A stretch of 43,999 bases of DNA, taken from a virus (Duplodnaviria > Caudoviricetes). Every line of letters begins with the position of its first letter. Positions within the stretch are counted from its first letter, which is position 1. Made by a program: the position numbers and the translations under genes. This document shows, piece after piece, positions 18,377 to 26,642 of the stretch. The DNA lies in IMG/VR virus record IMGVR_UViG_3300003969_000013, positions 1 to 43,999 of that record; one strand, given 5' to 3'. The notes beneath the pieces are model-generated. The model did no database searches and was not told where the DNA came from. It saw nothing but the letters and a program-made list of their open reading frames with translations.

Positions 18377-19199
18377 GCAATTTACTCGCTTCCGTAATCA
18401 TAGCCAGCGTGTCGAGCGCTTCCGATCTATCGGAATAAATCTTTCCAGGATTAATATAAAAGCCATTCCCATTCAGGCCAGACTCACCCCTTATCACAGT
18501 AACCCAATCCTGCATAAAATAATCAAAATAAATTACCTCTATTTCTATGAACATATTTTTACTATTTTCATGACCCAATAAAATATTACCAAATTTACTA
18601 TTTAGAAATTTTTCATCTTTTATCACTGTATTCAATTTAAAAGACTCATTTCCATGGATATAGACATCAACAATCAATCCACTTACCAAATCTTCATTTA
18701 TCTTTTTTCTTATAGATCCAGAATCAAGATATACATTAATATTTTTTATAATAGCAGCGCTTTTACCATAATTTCTTATCTTTAACCCTATTACAAAAAA
18801 TGTTGGGTCGTAACCCATTACAACTAAATATGGCCTTTCAGCAATTTTGTTAATCAGAATAGATGCCTGAGCCGCGTTTGCGGAAATTTCTGCCTGTGCA
18901 GTTGCTGCCTGCATCTCCGCACGAGTAGCCTCCAATTCCTCCCGCTGAATGCGGATACTGACTAACAGCAAGTAAATTGTGATGAACGTAAGAATCGGGT
19001 TGACTACACCGCCGAAGAAATCGCCGATCGTACCAAAGCCGCCGAACTGACCGTCTCCCGTTACCCCCTCAATATTGAAGGCGAGGCGCACCACCCCGGG
19101 AAACCAGGCTGCGCCTAAGTAGACAAGTGCGAACAGCGCGACGATTGAACCGATGATCCATTTACCGTTCGGATACTTCGTCTTCTGTTTTTCCGCCAT
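18324..19199 (-). CDS. Membrane-anchored moron protein with putative-Abi-like N-terminus
   Basis: Two TM segments, GTIGDFFGGVVNPILTF...QREELEATR; very AT-rich C-terminal half; start reassigned to ATG 19199. Confidence 0.65.
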   Translation of the reverse strand: MAEKQKTKYPNGKWIIGSIVALFALVYLGAAWFPGVVRLAFNIEGVTGDGQFGGFGTIGDFFGGVVNPILTFITIYLLLVSIRIQREELEATRAEMQAATAQAEISANAAQASILINKIAERPYLVVMGYDPTFFVIGLKIRNYGKSAAIIKNINVYLDSGSIRKKINEDLVSGLIVDVYIHGNESFKLNTVIKDEKFLNSKFGNILLGHENSKNMFIEIEVIYFDYFMQDWVTVIRGESGLNGNGFYINPGKIYSDRSEALDTLAMITEASKLHGENRNDSRPSRLHPDR

Positions 19200-19266
19200 A
19201 ACGTCCCTGCCCCCTTGAGAAAACCTCCCATAGGTTGCAGGGACGCCACGGCGATAGCAACCGCTT

Positions 19267-19932
19267 TTAACCTCCCTTAACCCCGACCCAGCCGCCGAAC
19301 TCGCCATAACGGAACCATTCGGCCCAAGCGACGCCCTGCCCGTCCGTCCGCAAGTCAGGCGGGATGGGGCGTTGCAGTCCGGCAAGAGACAGGTCTTTCG
19401 CCAGAATATCTATCGCCGCCTCCCCCGCGTCGGCCTTCGCCGCCCAGGTGAGCCGCCTCAGAACCGTTCCGATATAGCCCGGCGGCGCATCCTCCTTATC
19501 GACCAGCAGCAAGGCCCCGCCCGGCTTGAGGCTGGCGAGCAGCTTCGCCACCAGCGCCGCCCGGTCGGCGGGCGGGATGAACATGAGCACGAGCGCGCAC
19601 ACAATCAGGTCGGCCGGGCGAAACGGATAGGTGCGCGCGTCCGCCTGAAGCACCCGCCCCGGCCCCCGGTACTGGCGGATCATTTCCGGGCTGGTGTCGA
19701 GCGCGATCAGCTTTGCCTGCCGCGCCGTCAGGGTTGGGGCGAGAGCGCGCCCGACGTTGCCGGTGCTGGCCCCAATGTCATAGACGAGGCCGCGCTCGGG
19801 GATGAAGTGCCGGGCGACGAGCGTAAGCGCCCCCGTCATGAGATCGTACCAGGGCAGTTGCGCCCGCACATGGGTATCAAACCCCGCCGCCACCTCCGCG
19901 CTGTCGAAACTCCAATCCGCCGGGATCTTCAT
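19267..19932 (-). CDS. CmoA-like class I SAM-dependent enzyme
   Basis: DWSFD..VAAGF, LPWY, VYDIGASTG, ALDTSPEMI, LKPGGALLLVDK, WFRYGEFG are colinear with carboxy-SAM synthase CmoA motifs. Confidence 0.8.
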   Translation of the reverse strand: MKIPADWSFDSAEVAAGFDTHVRAQLPWYDLMTGALTLVARHFIPERGLVYDIGASTGNVGRALAPTLTARQAKLIALDTSPEMIRQYRGPGRVLQADARTYPFRPADLIVCALVLMFIPPADRAALVAKLLASLKPGGALLLVDKEDAPPGYIGTVLRRLTWAAKADAGEAAIDILAKDLSLAGLQRPIPPDLRTDGQGVAWAEWFRYGEFGGWVGVKGG

Positions 19933-21464
19933 GCCGCCCCCCGGTGGGTGAGGGGAAGCCCAAGCCGGGCACTGAAGGCCGCAAGCGCATCCTCTACCAG
20001 CCCCAGGCGCGAGCCGTCCGGGTAGGGTAGATCGAACTCAAACCGAAGCGCTTCGGCCAGCCGGGCCGGGTCTGGCGGCAGGGCATTGGCACAGGCGGCA
20101 TAAACATTGTTCCCGTCGCTAGAAACCGAGACCGTCCCGAAGAAAGGCCGGAACAGGGCGTAAAACTCCTCCGGCGTGTGGAACTTCTGAACCTTGGGCT
20201 TGTCCTGAAAATCCCCCAGGGTGATTCCCGGCTCATACTGAAGCCGGAAGACGTTGGACCGTACCGCCTGCTCAAACAGGTAGTGCGCGCCGTTGACCGA
20301 CTGCCAGCCCTGCTGCTCAACACTGCTGGCGCAGGCATAGAGGCGGGTCCGGGGTCCGCATAGGGCGGACGTTAGGCAGGCGATATGCTCCCGATCCTCC
20401 CGAAACGGAACACTGTTGAGCACCGACGAAATGAAGACGCTCGACCAGTCTACCCCGGCGGCGACATCGGCCAGGAAGGCGCGGGCGAGGGTTAGGCTTT
20501 CCGCCTTATCGATCTGCTGGCTTTGGCCCAGGCGGTAAGGCTCGAAGGCCGACACCCGCACGCCGACGCTTTCCAGCAATCGGGCTTCCTGCAAGTGCCC
20601 TGCCCCGAAGTCGATAATGCTGCCCCCATGCAGCCGCTTCCATTGGGCGGTGAGCGCCGGTTTGGCGATGTCATAGCGCCCTGCCGTTACCTTCGGCGCA
20701 ACGAAATAGGTGAACCCGAGCCCGAGCCCGTCGCGCACCCGCCGCGCCCGGCGGAACGAGTTATGCCGAAGCAGGTCGCGGTAACGGTTATGGATGTCGA
20801 AATCCATGCTGAGCCGGTTCAGCATCGCATCCGACAGCGCGGCTTCAGCGTCCGTCACCCACACCACGGGAATGAGGCCCTGCCCCGCTTCCCCTGCGAT
20901 CATCAAGCGCCCGATACCGTTGGTGACGCGACCGTTCCGGGTGGCGATCACCGGCATGATGATGCCCTTCCCCTTGAGGGTGCGGGCCATACCTGCCGCA
21001 TACTCGATCCAGCGCCCGGCGTTCGCGTCGATCAAGTCCCGGATCGGCACCAGGTCAGGGGTAAGGCAGCGGAAGGCTTCGGCACTGTCCGGGGCTTTAT
21101 CCGGCACCGCCTCGGCCAGGGCAGGCAGATCGAGGCTTGCCAGCGCCGCCGCCATCGTCTCTGGCGTATCGCTCGGGTGCAGATCGTTCGTGCCCCGGTT
21201 AAAGAGGACGTTGACCGCCTTACGTTCGGCCAACTCCATCGGGCGCGTGCGGGCGACCGGCAGGCGGGTATAGCCCAAGCGTTGGGCGACGTGATGCCGC
21301 TGGTGGCCTGAGACGATTTCGCCCGCGGGGTCCGCATAGATCGGCAGCAGGAACCCCAGTTTCCGCAGCGACAGTTCAATCAGATCAAGCCGCGCCGGAT
21401 CGGCGACGCGGGGGTTATAGGTGCTGGGGTTGATAGCCCCGAGCGGAAGAAGATCGATCTGCAT
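19929..21464 (-). CDS. ParB/Srx-domain protein fused to a SAM-dependent transferase domain
   Basis: YNPR...GFLLPI...IVSGHQR; second ParB-like repeat IMPVI...VTNGIGRL; IIDFGAGH motif I, AFEPY, SSVLNSVPF; start via TAATG coupling. Confidence 0.78.
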   Translation of the reverse strand: MQIDLLPLGAINPSTYNPRVADPARLDLIELSLRKLGFLLPIYADPAGEIVSGHQRHHVAQRLGYTRLPVARTRPMELAERKAVNVLFNRGTNDLHPSDTPETMAAALASLDLPALAEAVPDKAPDSAEAFRCLTPDLVPIRDLIDANAGRWIEYAAGMARTLKGKGIIMPVIATRNGRVTNGIGRLMIAGEAGQGLIPVVWVTDAEAALSDAMLNRLSMDFDIHNRYRDLLRHNSFRRARRVRDGLGLGFTYFVAPKVTAGRYDIAKPALTAQWKRLHGGSIIDFGAGHLQEARLLESVGVRVSAFEPYRLGQSQQIDKAESLTLARAFLADVAAGVDWSSVFISSVLNSVPFREDREHIACLTSALCGPRTRLYACASSVEQQGWQSVNGAHYLFEQAVRSNVFRLQYEPGITLGDFQDKPKVQKFHTPEEFYALFRPFFGTVSVSSDGNNVYAACANALPPDPARLAEALRFEFDLPYPDGSRLGLVEDALAAFSARLGLPLTHRGAA

Positions 21465-22150
21465 TAGGCCGCCTCCCCGCTTTCGTCGGGGACCCTCAGG
21501 CGGCGTTTGATTTCCGCCAGAATGAGCGGCTTTTCCAAGCCCACATCCCGCCGCAGTTGATCCTGCCACGCCAGATAGGCGGCGCGGGAAATCGGGGCGC
21601 GGTACATGCCGATGACGATCATCGTCCCGGCTTCGGGAATCTCCCCGATGTCGCTCAAGGGTGAATGCACACCGTCGAGCAAGGGCGTCGGCGCGAGCAT
21701 CGAGGTTAGGTCGGCAATCTCCAGGGCCGAGAAGCCCGTGAGGTCGAGATTGAAACCCTCCTGCTGCAAATCCGCCAGCTCAAGCGCCAGCAACTCACTA
21801 TCCCACCCGGCCATTTCGGCGAGGCGGTTATCGGTCAGCACATAGGCGCGGCGTTGCGCTGGGGTGAGGTGCCCGAGGTCAATCGTCGGCACCAGCGCCG
21901 GATCGGGCCAATGGGGAATCAGCCGCCCCGTCTCGACAATCAAGCGCACCGCCGCGACGCGGCCATGCCCGGCGAGGATGCCCGACTGCCCATCGAGCAG
22001 CACCGGAGCCGTCCAGCCATATTCGCACAGGCTGGCCGCAATCGCCGCCACCTGCGCCTTTGTGTGGGTCCGCGCGTTGCGGGCATAGGGGATCAACCCG
22101 TCAAGGTGGCGATTGACCACCTGCACGGTCACATTCTGTTCGTCTTTCAT
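21464..22150 (-). CDS. ParB/Srx N-terminal domain protein
   Basis: LIPYARNARTH, ILAGHGR, AYVLTDNRLAEMAGWD, LTGF. Confidence 0.85.
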   Translation of the reverse strand: MKDEQNVTVQVVNRHLDGLIPYARNARTHTKAQVAAIAASLCEYGWTAPVLLDGQSGILAGHGRVAAVRLIVETGRLIPHWPDPALVPTIDLGHLTPAQRRAYVLTDNRLAEMAGWDSELLALELADLQQEGFNLDLTGFSALEIADLTSMLAPTPLLDGVHSPLSDIGEIPEAGTMIVIGMYRAPISRAAYLAWQDQLRRDVGLEKPLILAEIKRRLRVPDESGEAA

Positions 22151-22159
22151 TGATGCACA

Positions 22160-22297
22160 GCCGATGCTAGAAGCTCCCCGCCGCAGCGCGCGGTGCGGGG
22201 ACGGTCGAACGGAGTCGACCTTTTTGGCCGTGCAGGGGACTAGCCTGCGGTTCCTGGCGTTGCCGCGCCAGTGCCCCCCGCTTAAAACGCGGAGGGG
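22160..22297 (-). promoter_or_regulatory. Candidate structured 5' leader (five tandem hairpins)
   Basis: Inverted repeats at 22274-22297, 22254-22271, 22232-22248, 22203-22220, 22175-22201. Confidence 0.4.
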
Positions 22298-22305
22298 TAA
22301 AACGC

Positions 22306-22331
22306 AAAAACCCCTGACGAATCAGGGGCTT
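22306..22331 (-). terminator. Terminator ahead of the late operon (tR'-like position)
   Basis: AGCCCCTGA-TTCG-TCAGGGGTT-TTT. Confidence 0.7.
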
Positions 22332-22583
22332 GGGTGTTTTCTAGGGTCAAAAAGAAAACCCTCGGCAGGCGTTGGGCGCTTTTCTGCCAAGGGTACAAAA
22401 ATATATGCCTTTTTTTGGAAAGTATGGAAAGGGGGAAAAGCATAATAGTCAACGCTCTTGCCTGCAAAGTGCCATAGAGCGGGAGAGGCTTTAACCAATA
22501 GCAATCTTTTTAATTGCATTATGCGAGAAAAATCATCACAAAATTGATACAAAGCGTACACCAACAACTATTATCTGGGGCTG

Positions 22584-24407
22584 ATGATGCAGGATGAAAA
22601 ATCAAAAAGCGAACAACTTGCTTTTTTTTCACAGCAAGTTACCGTTCCCAAACTAAATCCCAAAAAAATACCTGGACTTGCCAGAAGAAAGCCAGAATTC
22701 ACCAGCTCCCCCCATGTTCCACACAGAATTCAGATCAATAGCATTAAATTTCAAGAAAAGCCATTCAGAAAGCTTACAACTCTTGAGCTTAATATTGCAA
22801 ATCACATTACTCTAATCTCCGGCCATAATGGAATAGGGAAATCAACTATAATTGGTTTAATTGCAGCTTCTTCTGGATTAACGGAATCGAGCAGCAATAA
22901 CAATACATATGCAAATAAAACATTCCAAGCCGATCTCTCAGAAATAATATATGTCGGAACAGACGAAATTACAGAAGACGTTAATAAATCTTATCCGATT
23001 GTTACATACTCTGTAAATGGAAATCAGATACTTCGAAAAAACTGCAGCCTCACGACACGTAATGAGGGTGCCGGAACTCAGTCAAGGCGTGCTAGAATAG
23101 TTCCTAGAAATGCTCGACCATCTACAAAATTCGTAAGCAACGAACCTGAAATAACGATTGGTGAGGCGGCAAAAGTACCGCTACCCACAATTTATCTAGG
23201 AATGGCTCGGGTCCTCCCTATCGGAGAGGCCGCAGAGAGCTCTGTTGAAAGTAATAAGATTGAGGACATGGAATTAGAGGACCGTAATTTTGTGACAGAC
23301 TTTGTAAATGGAGTGATCTTAGGCTCGCCTGCCAAAAGCGAGACAGTTACATCAAACCTCATTAGAGGAACCAATAAATTCTCCAGCCATCCCGAGTATA
23401 CTTATAATGCGCAATGCGTATCATTGGGCCAGGATAGCTTAGGTAGCATCGCTGCCGCACTAGCCTCATTTCAACGCCTGAAGCGCAATATGAAAGAGAA
23501 ATACCCGGGCGGGCTTTTAATAATAGATGAGCTGGATTGCGGCTTTCATCCGCATGCTATCGGGCGTCTGGTCAGCCGTCTCGAAGAACAATGCGAGAGA
23601 TTACAGTTACAGGTAATCGCGACAACACATTCAACAAAACTGATTAAATGCATACATAAAGATAAAAATAAGAAAAAGCAAAATAACGGAGTGATTTATC
23701 TCCGTGACAGCACATCTCCGCACTTACTTGGCTCTGGAGACCTAAATGATATTCTGGACGATATGGATCTCGTCCCCCCCGCCCCCAAACCAAAGCGAAG
23801 GAAGCCAAAATTAACAATCTACCTTGAAGATAAAGAAGCCCTATTCATCTTCAATAAGACAATATCTAAGGCAAAAAAAATCTCAATTTCTAGAGATCAC
23901 TCAATCACTCTTAACCCTGTCGACTTGGGGGTGGGGTGCTCAAGTCTGGCCGAATTCCCGAATAAGGATCCGCAATTCAAGAGAAATATCATTTGCCTAG
24001 ATGGAGATTACGGACTGACGAAGGGGCAAGCCACCAAAAAAAACTTAGTGACCCTTCCTGCAGATGGTAAAAAGTCCCCGGAAAATACTATATACGATTT
24101 CATAAAAGATTTAGTGAACAACCCGGGCGGTCATAAAAATTCCTGGGAAATTCTCCACTCAAATAAAGTGACTACCGATATACTGCGCGAATACCTATTA
24201 AATTTTCCTGGGGGGATAAACAATCGACAGGAGGCGAAAAAATGGTGGAGAGATAGGGTGCAGCATATTCACAACTGGGGGCTTTTTGAGCTGTGGCTCG
24301 GCGAGAACCCTCAGGCCGCAACGAAATTTGAGAATGACTTAACAAATGCCATAAAGGTCGTCTCGAAGCACATCCGGACGCTGGCCAGAAACGAAGAGTT
24401 GGAGTAA
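22584..24407 (+). CDS. ABC-type (AAA_15/21) ATPase with C-terminal TOPRIM-like domain (OLD/GajA-like)
   Basis: Walker A GHNGIGKST, signature SLGQ, Walker B LLIIDELD-GFHP, H-loop TTHS, TOPRIM IYLED and LDGD; AT-rich. Confidence 0.82.
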   Translation: MMQDEKSKSEQLAFFSQQVTVPKLNPKKIPGLARRKPEFTSSPHVPHRIQINSIKFQEKPFRKLTTLELNIANHITLISGHNGIGKSTIIGLIAASSGLTESSSNNNTYANKTFQADLSEIIYVGTDEITEDVNKSYPIVTYSVNGNQILRKNCSLTTRNEGAGTQSRRARIVPRNARPSTKFVSNEPEITIGEAAKVPLPTIYLGMARVLPIGEAAESSVESNKIEDMELEDRNFVTDFVNGVILGSPAKSETVTSNLIRGTNKFSSHPEYTYNAQCVSLGQDSLGSIAAALASFQRLKRNMKEKYPGGLLIIDELDCGFHPHAIGRLVSRLEEQCERLQLQVIATTHSTKLIKCIHKDKNKKKQNNGVIYLRDSTSPHLLGSGDLNDILDDMDLVPPAPKPKRRKPKLTIYLEDKEALFIFNKTISKAKKISISRDHSITLNPVDLGVGCSSLAEFPNKDPQFKRNIICLDGDYGLTKGQATKKNLVTLPADGKKSPENTIYDFIKDLVNNPGGHKNSWEILHSNKVTTDILREYLLNFPGGINNRQEAKKWWRDRVQHIHNWGLFELWLGENPQAATKFENDLTNAIKVVSKHIRTLARNEELE

Positions 24408-24416
24408 GCTAGAAAA

Positions 24417-25283
24417 ATGTTCTCCAATCGGCTCTTCACCCCCCTGCGCTATCCGGGCGGAAAAGCTCGCTTTGCGCCCTACGTGGCTGACGTGATGCGG
24501 AATAACAAGCTCGACGGCGGTCACTACTTGGAACCCTATGCCGGAGGTGCGGGTGTAGCCCTGGACCTGCTGTATTCAGGGATCGCTTCTGAAGTCCACA
24601 TAAACGACGCGGACCCTGCGATCCGAGATTTTTGGTTGGCCGCCACCAAACACACAAGCCAACTGATCCGAATGGTCGAAACAGAGCCTGTTACGATTGA
24701 GGCTTGGCGTCATTGGCGCGCAATCATGAACCACCAAATCGAGGCTGACGAGCTGAAACGTGGCTTCGCGACACTATTCCTCAATCGGACTAATCGTTCT
24801 GGCATTTTGAATGGTGGAGTTATCGGAGGAAAAGAGCAGGCCGGAGAGTATAAGATAGATGCGAGATTCATTAGAAAAAACCTTGTCCAGCGCTTGGAAA
24901 AAATCGGACAACACGCGGAGAGGATTCACGTCTACGGCGAGGATGCGTTAGGCTTGTTAAACCGCTGTGCAGATTTTTTGCCCAAACACTCGCTCATTTA
25001 TTTAGACCCCCCTTATTACGTAAAAGGTCAAAGACTTTACCGAAATTTTTATGGTCATAACGATCACCTTGAGATCGCCAATCTTCTGCAAGCGAATAAA
25101 TTTCCGAGAAAATGGATAGTCTCATACGATGATGCACCCGAAATTAGGAAAATGTATCATAAGTCTGAGTTCAGAAGTTACCTTTTACACTATACTGCTC
25201 GCAGACAATACAAAGGGTCGGAGGTAATGATCTTTAGTCAGGAGATTAAGGATATACCAAACAGTGATCTACTGGCGGCATGA
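24417..25283 (+). CDS. DNA adenine methyltransferase (Dam/D12 class)
   Basis: TPLRYPGGK, YLEPYAGGAG, IND, FLNRTNRSG, IYLDPPYY, WIVSYD. Confidence 0.92.
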   Translation: MFSNRLFTPLRYPGGKARFAPYVADVMRNNKLDGGHYLEPYAGGAGVALDLLYSGIASEVHINDADPAIRDFWLAATKHTSQLIRMVETEPVTIEAWRHWRAIMNHQIEADELKRGFATLFLNRTNRSGILNGGVIGGKEQAGEYKIDARFIRKNLVQRLEKIGQHAERIHVYGEDALGLLNRCADFLPKHSLIYLDPPYYVKGQRLYRNFYGHNDHLEIANLLQANKFPRKWIVSYDDAPEIRKMYHKSEFRSYLLHYTARRQYKGSEVMIFSQEIKDIPNSDLLAA

Positions 25284-25290
25284 TTAGAAA

Positions 25291-25740
25291 TCAGAGAGGG
25301 GTGTGCCGCTCAGCTAGCAAGACACATCCCTCTTTCCGCCAAGCCCTGAGGGTCTGGCGCGTAACCCCAAGCTCTTGCGCCAGCGCATCATACCGCACGC
25401 CCAACGCCAGCCCCACGAGCACCTTACGCCTATCCAAATCCTCAATGAGAAGCGGCCACTGGATCGCCTCTTCCATCCGCGTGATCCGTGCCGCGCTAAA
25501 CACCTGGCGCTTCTTCGTCGGCCATGCCTCGCCCGGCCCGAGCAGGGGTTCTGGCATCGAGGAGCCATAGCCCGCAGGCCAGCAGCGTTCGGGGATATGC
25601 TTGAGGGTCTGGAAGGCTTCCTTGAGCCGCGCCCAAACGTACTCGGGGGTGATTTCTTCCGGCGGCACGTCGAGATCGCGCGGGTCGGAACGCTGCCCGA
25701 GGGCGACGAGCCCGAAGGCTTGAGCGCGGTTAGCCGTCAT
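25291..25740 (-). CDS. DUF6362-like HTH protein, putative late-gene regulator (Q position)
   Basis: TPEYVWARLKEAFQTLKHIP...GYGSSMPE...ITRMEEAIQW; C-terminal HTH; last gene of early-right operon. Confidence 0.6.
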   Translation of the reverse strand: MTANRAQAFGLVALGQRSDPRDLDVPPEEITPEYVWARLKEAFQTLKHIPERCWPAGYGSSMPEPLLGPGEAWPTKKRQVFSAARITRMEEAIQWPLLIEDLDRRKVLVGLALGVRYDALAQELGVTRQTLRAWRKEGCVLLAERHTPL

Positions 25741-25945
25741 TGCGCGAGGCTCCTTTTCGCGGGCCGTAGAGTTGCGCGCCGATAGCCTCGGCAGCGAGGG
25801 CATTGACGCCGTGGAGCCGGTCCAGCGGCACGACGAGGAAGCCCCGCTCGTGCCACACGGCAGCGGCCATAGCGCGAAGCTCGGTTTCGGTGGTCGGCGT
25901 CCGACCGGCGGCGCGGCCCAGGGGCGACGGCAGGGCTTTAGGCAT
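25730..25945 (-). CDS. Hypothetical phage protein
   Basis: MPKALPSPLG...AVWHERG; overlaps both neighbours in operon. Confidence 0.55.
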   Translation of the reverse strand: MPKALPSPLGRAAGRTPTTETELRAMAAAVWHERGFLVVPLDRLHGVNALAAEAIGAQLYGPRKGASRNDG

Positions 25946-26642
25946 GGGCGCTGTCTCCGGTCGCTGCTGCGCGCGGGGGCGTCGCATGTGTTTCGAAGCC
26001 AGGAACGAAGGGGCGTTTGAAAAACCCGTCGAGTATTTCACTCACCCGGTCTTTGTTCGCCGCCCGCTCCTCGTCGGTGACGCGGGGTTGGGCTGCCAGC
26101 AGCGCGCGGCGCTGCCCGTCTTCGAGATGCGAGCGAGCGAGGCGACGGAGTTTCAGCAGGGTCTCGTTCGCCTCGGACAGGGCGAGTGCAAGCTCGGCCC
26201 GGCTCGGCAGAAACTTCGCCGTGCGGGTAAGCTCATCGATGGCCTGGGCGCAGACCGTGGCAGGGTATTCCCACAGCAGGGTTTCGAGATTGGCGCGGTA
26301 GGCCTTCTGGTCGGAAATCCGCCGCTCCGGCCAAGCGCCGAGGAGCTTGAGCATGCAGGCGGCGACCACGGCGGCATGCTCCCGGTTCGGGTTCGCTTCG
26401 TCCCCCTTCACCGGAGGCCGAACGGGCTCCAGCGCCGCCAAGATGGCATGGCATTTTTCGGGGGATACGATGGCGGTTGCGGGCAAGTCGCGGACGTAGC
26501 TCACGCCCTCCGGCAGCATCCGCGCCACGGCTTTGCGGGCGATTTCCAGCCCCTTTGCCGTCGGCTCTAGTGCGGGCGAGGACGGCAGGGATAGGGCGGT
26601 TTGCTGTGCCTGCTGGGGCACGGTCGGCGGGCGGTGCGTCAT
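25938..26642 (-). CDS. Hypothetical protein after replication initiator (helicase-loader-like position)
   Basis: ATGA coupling; EYPA...AIDE...KFLPSRAEL motif. Confidence 0.65.
   Translation of the reverse strand: MTHRPPTVPQQAQQTALSLPSSPALEPTAKGLEIARKAVARMLPEGVSYVRDLPATAIVSPEKCHAILAALEPVRPPVKGDEANPNREHAAVVAACMLKLLGAWPERRISDQKAYRANLETLLWEYPATVCAQAIDELTRTAKFLPSRAELALALSEANETLLKLRRLARSHLEDGQRRALLAAQPRVTDEERAANKDRVSEILDGFFKRPFVPGFETHATPPRAAATGDSAHA

Noticed and set aside
17679-18581. 300-aa plus-strand ORF
   Set aside because: Antisense to terS/terL; low-complexity translation
19200-19385. Long N-terminal extensions given in the ORF track (also 21569, 25803, 31411, 31967, 32796, 34415)
   Set aside because: They overlap neighbouring genes; downstream ATGs with RBS or stop/start coupling fit better
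19929-22150. ParB genes as a plasmid-prophage partition system
   Set aside because: No ParA, no HTH/parS-binding region recognised, and the phage encodes an integrase
22246-22262. Plus-strand CGGTTCCTGGCGT resembles part of the SAM/SAH riboswitch core
   Set aside because: Wrong strand for the downstream genes, and the remaining consensus elements are not visible
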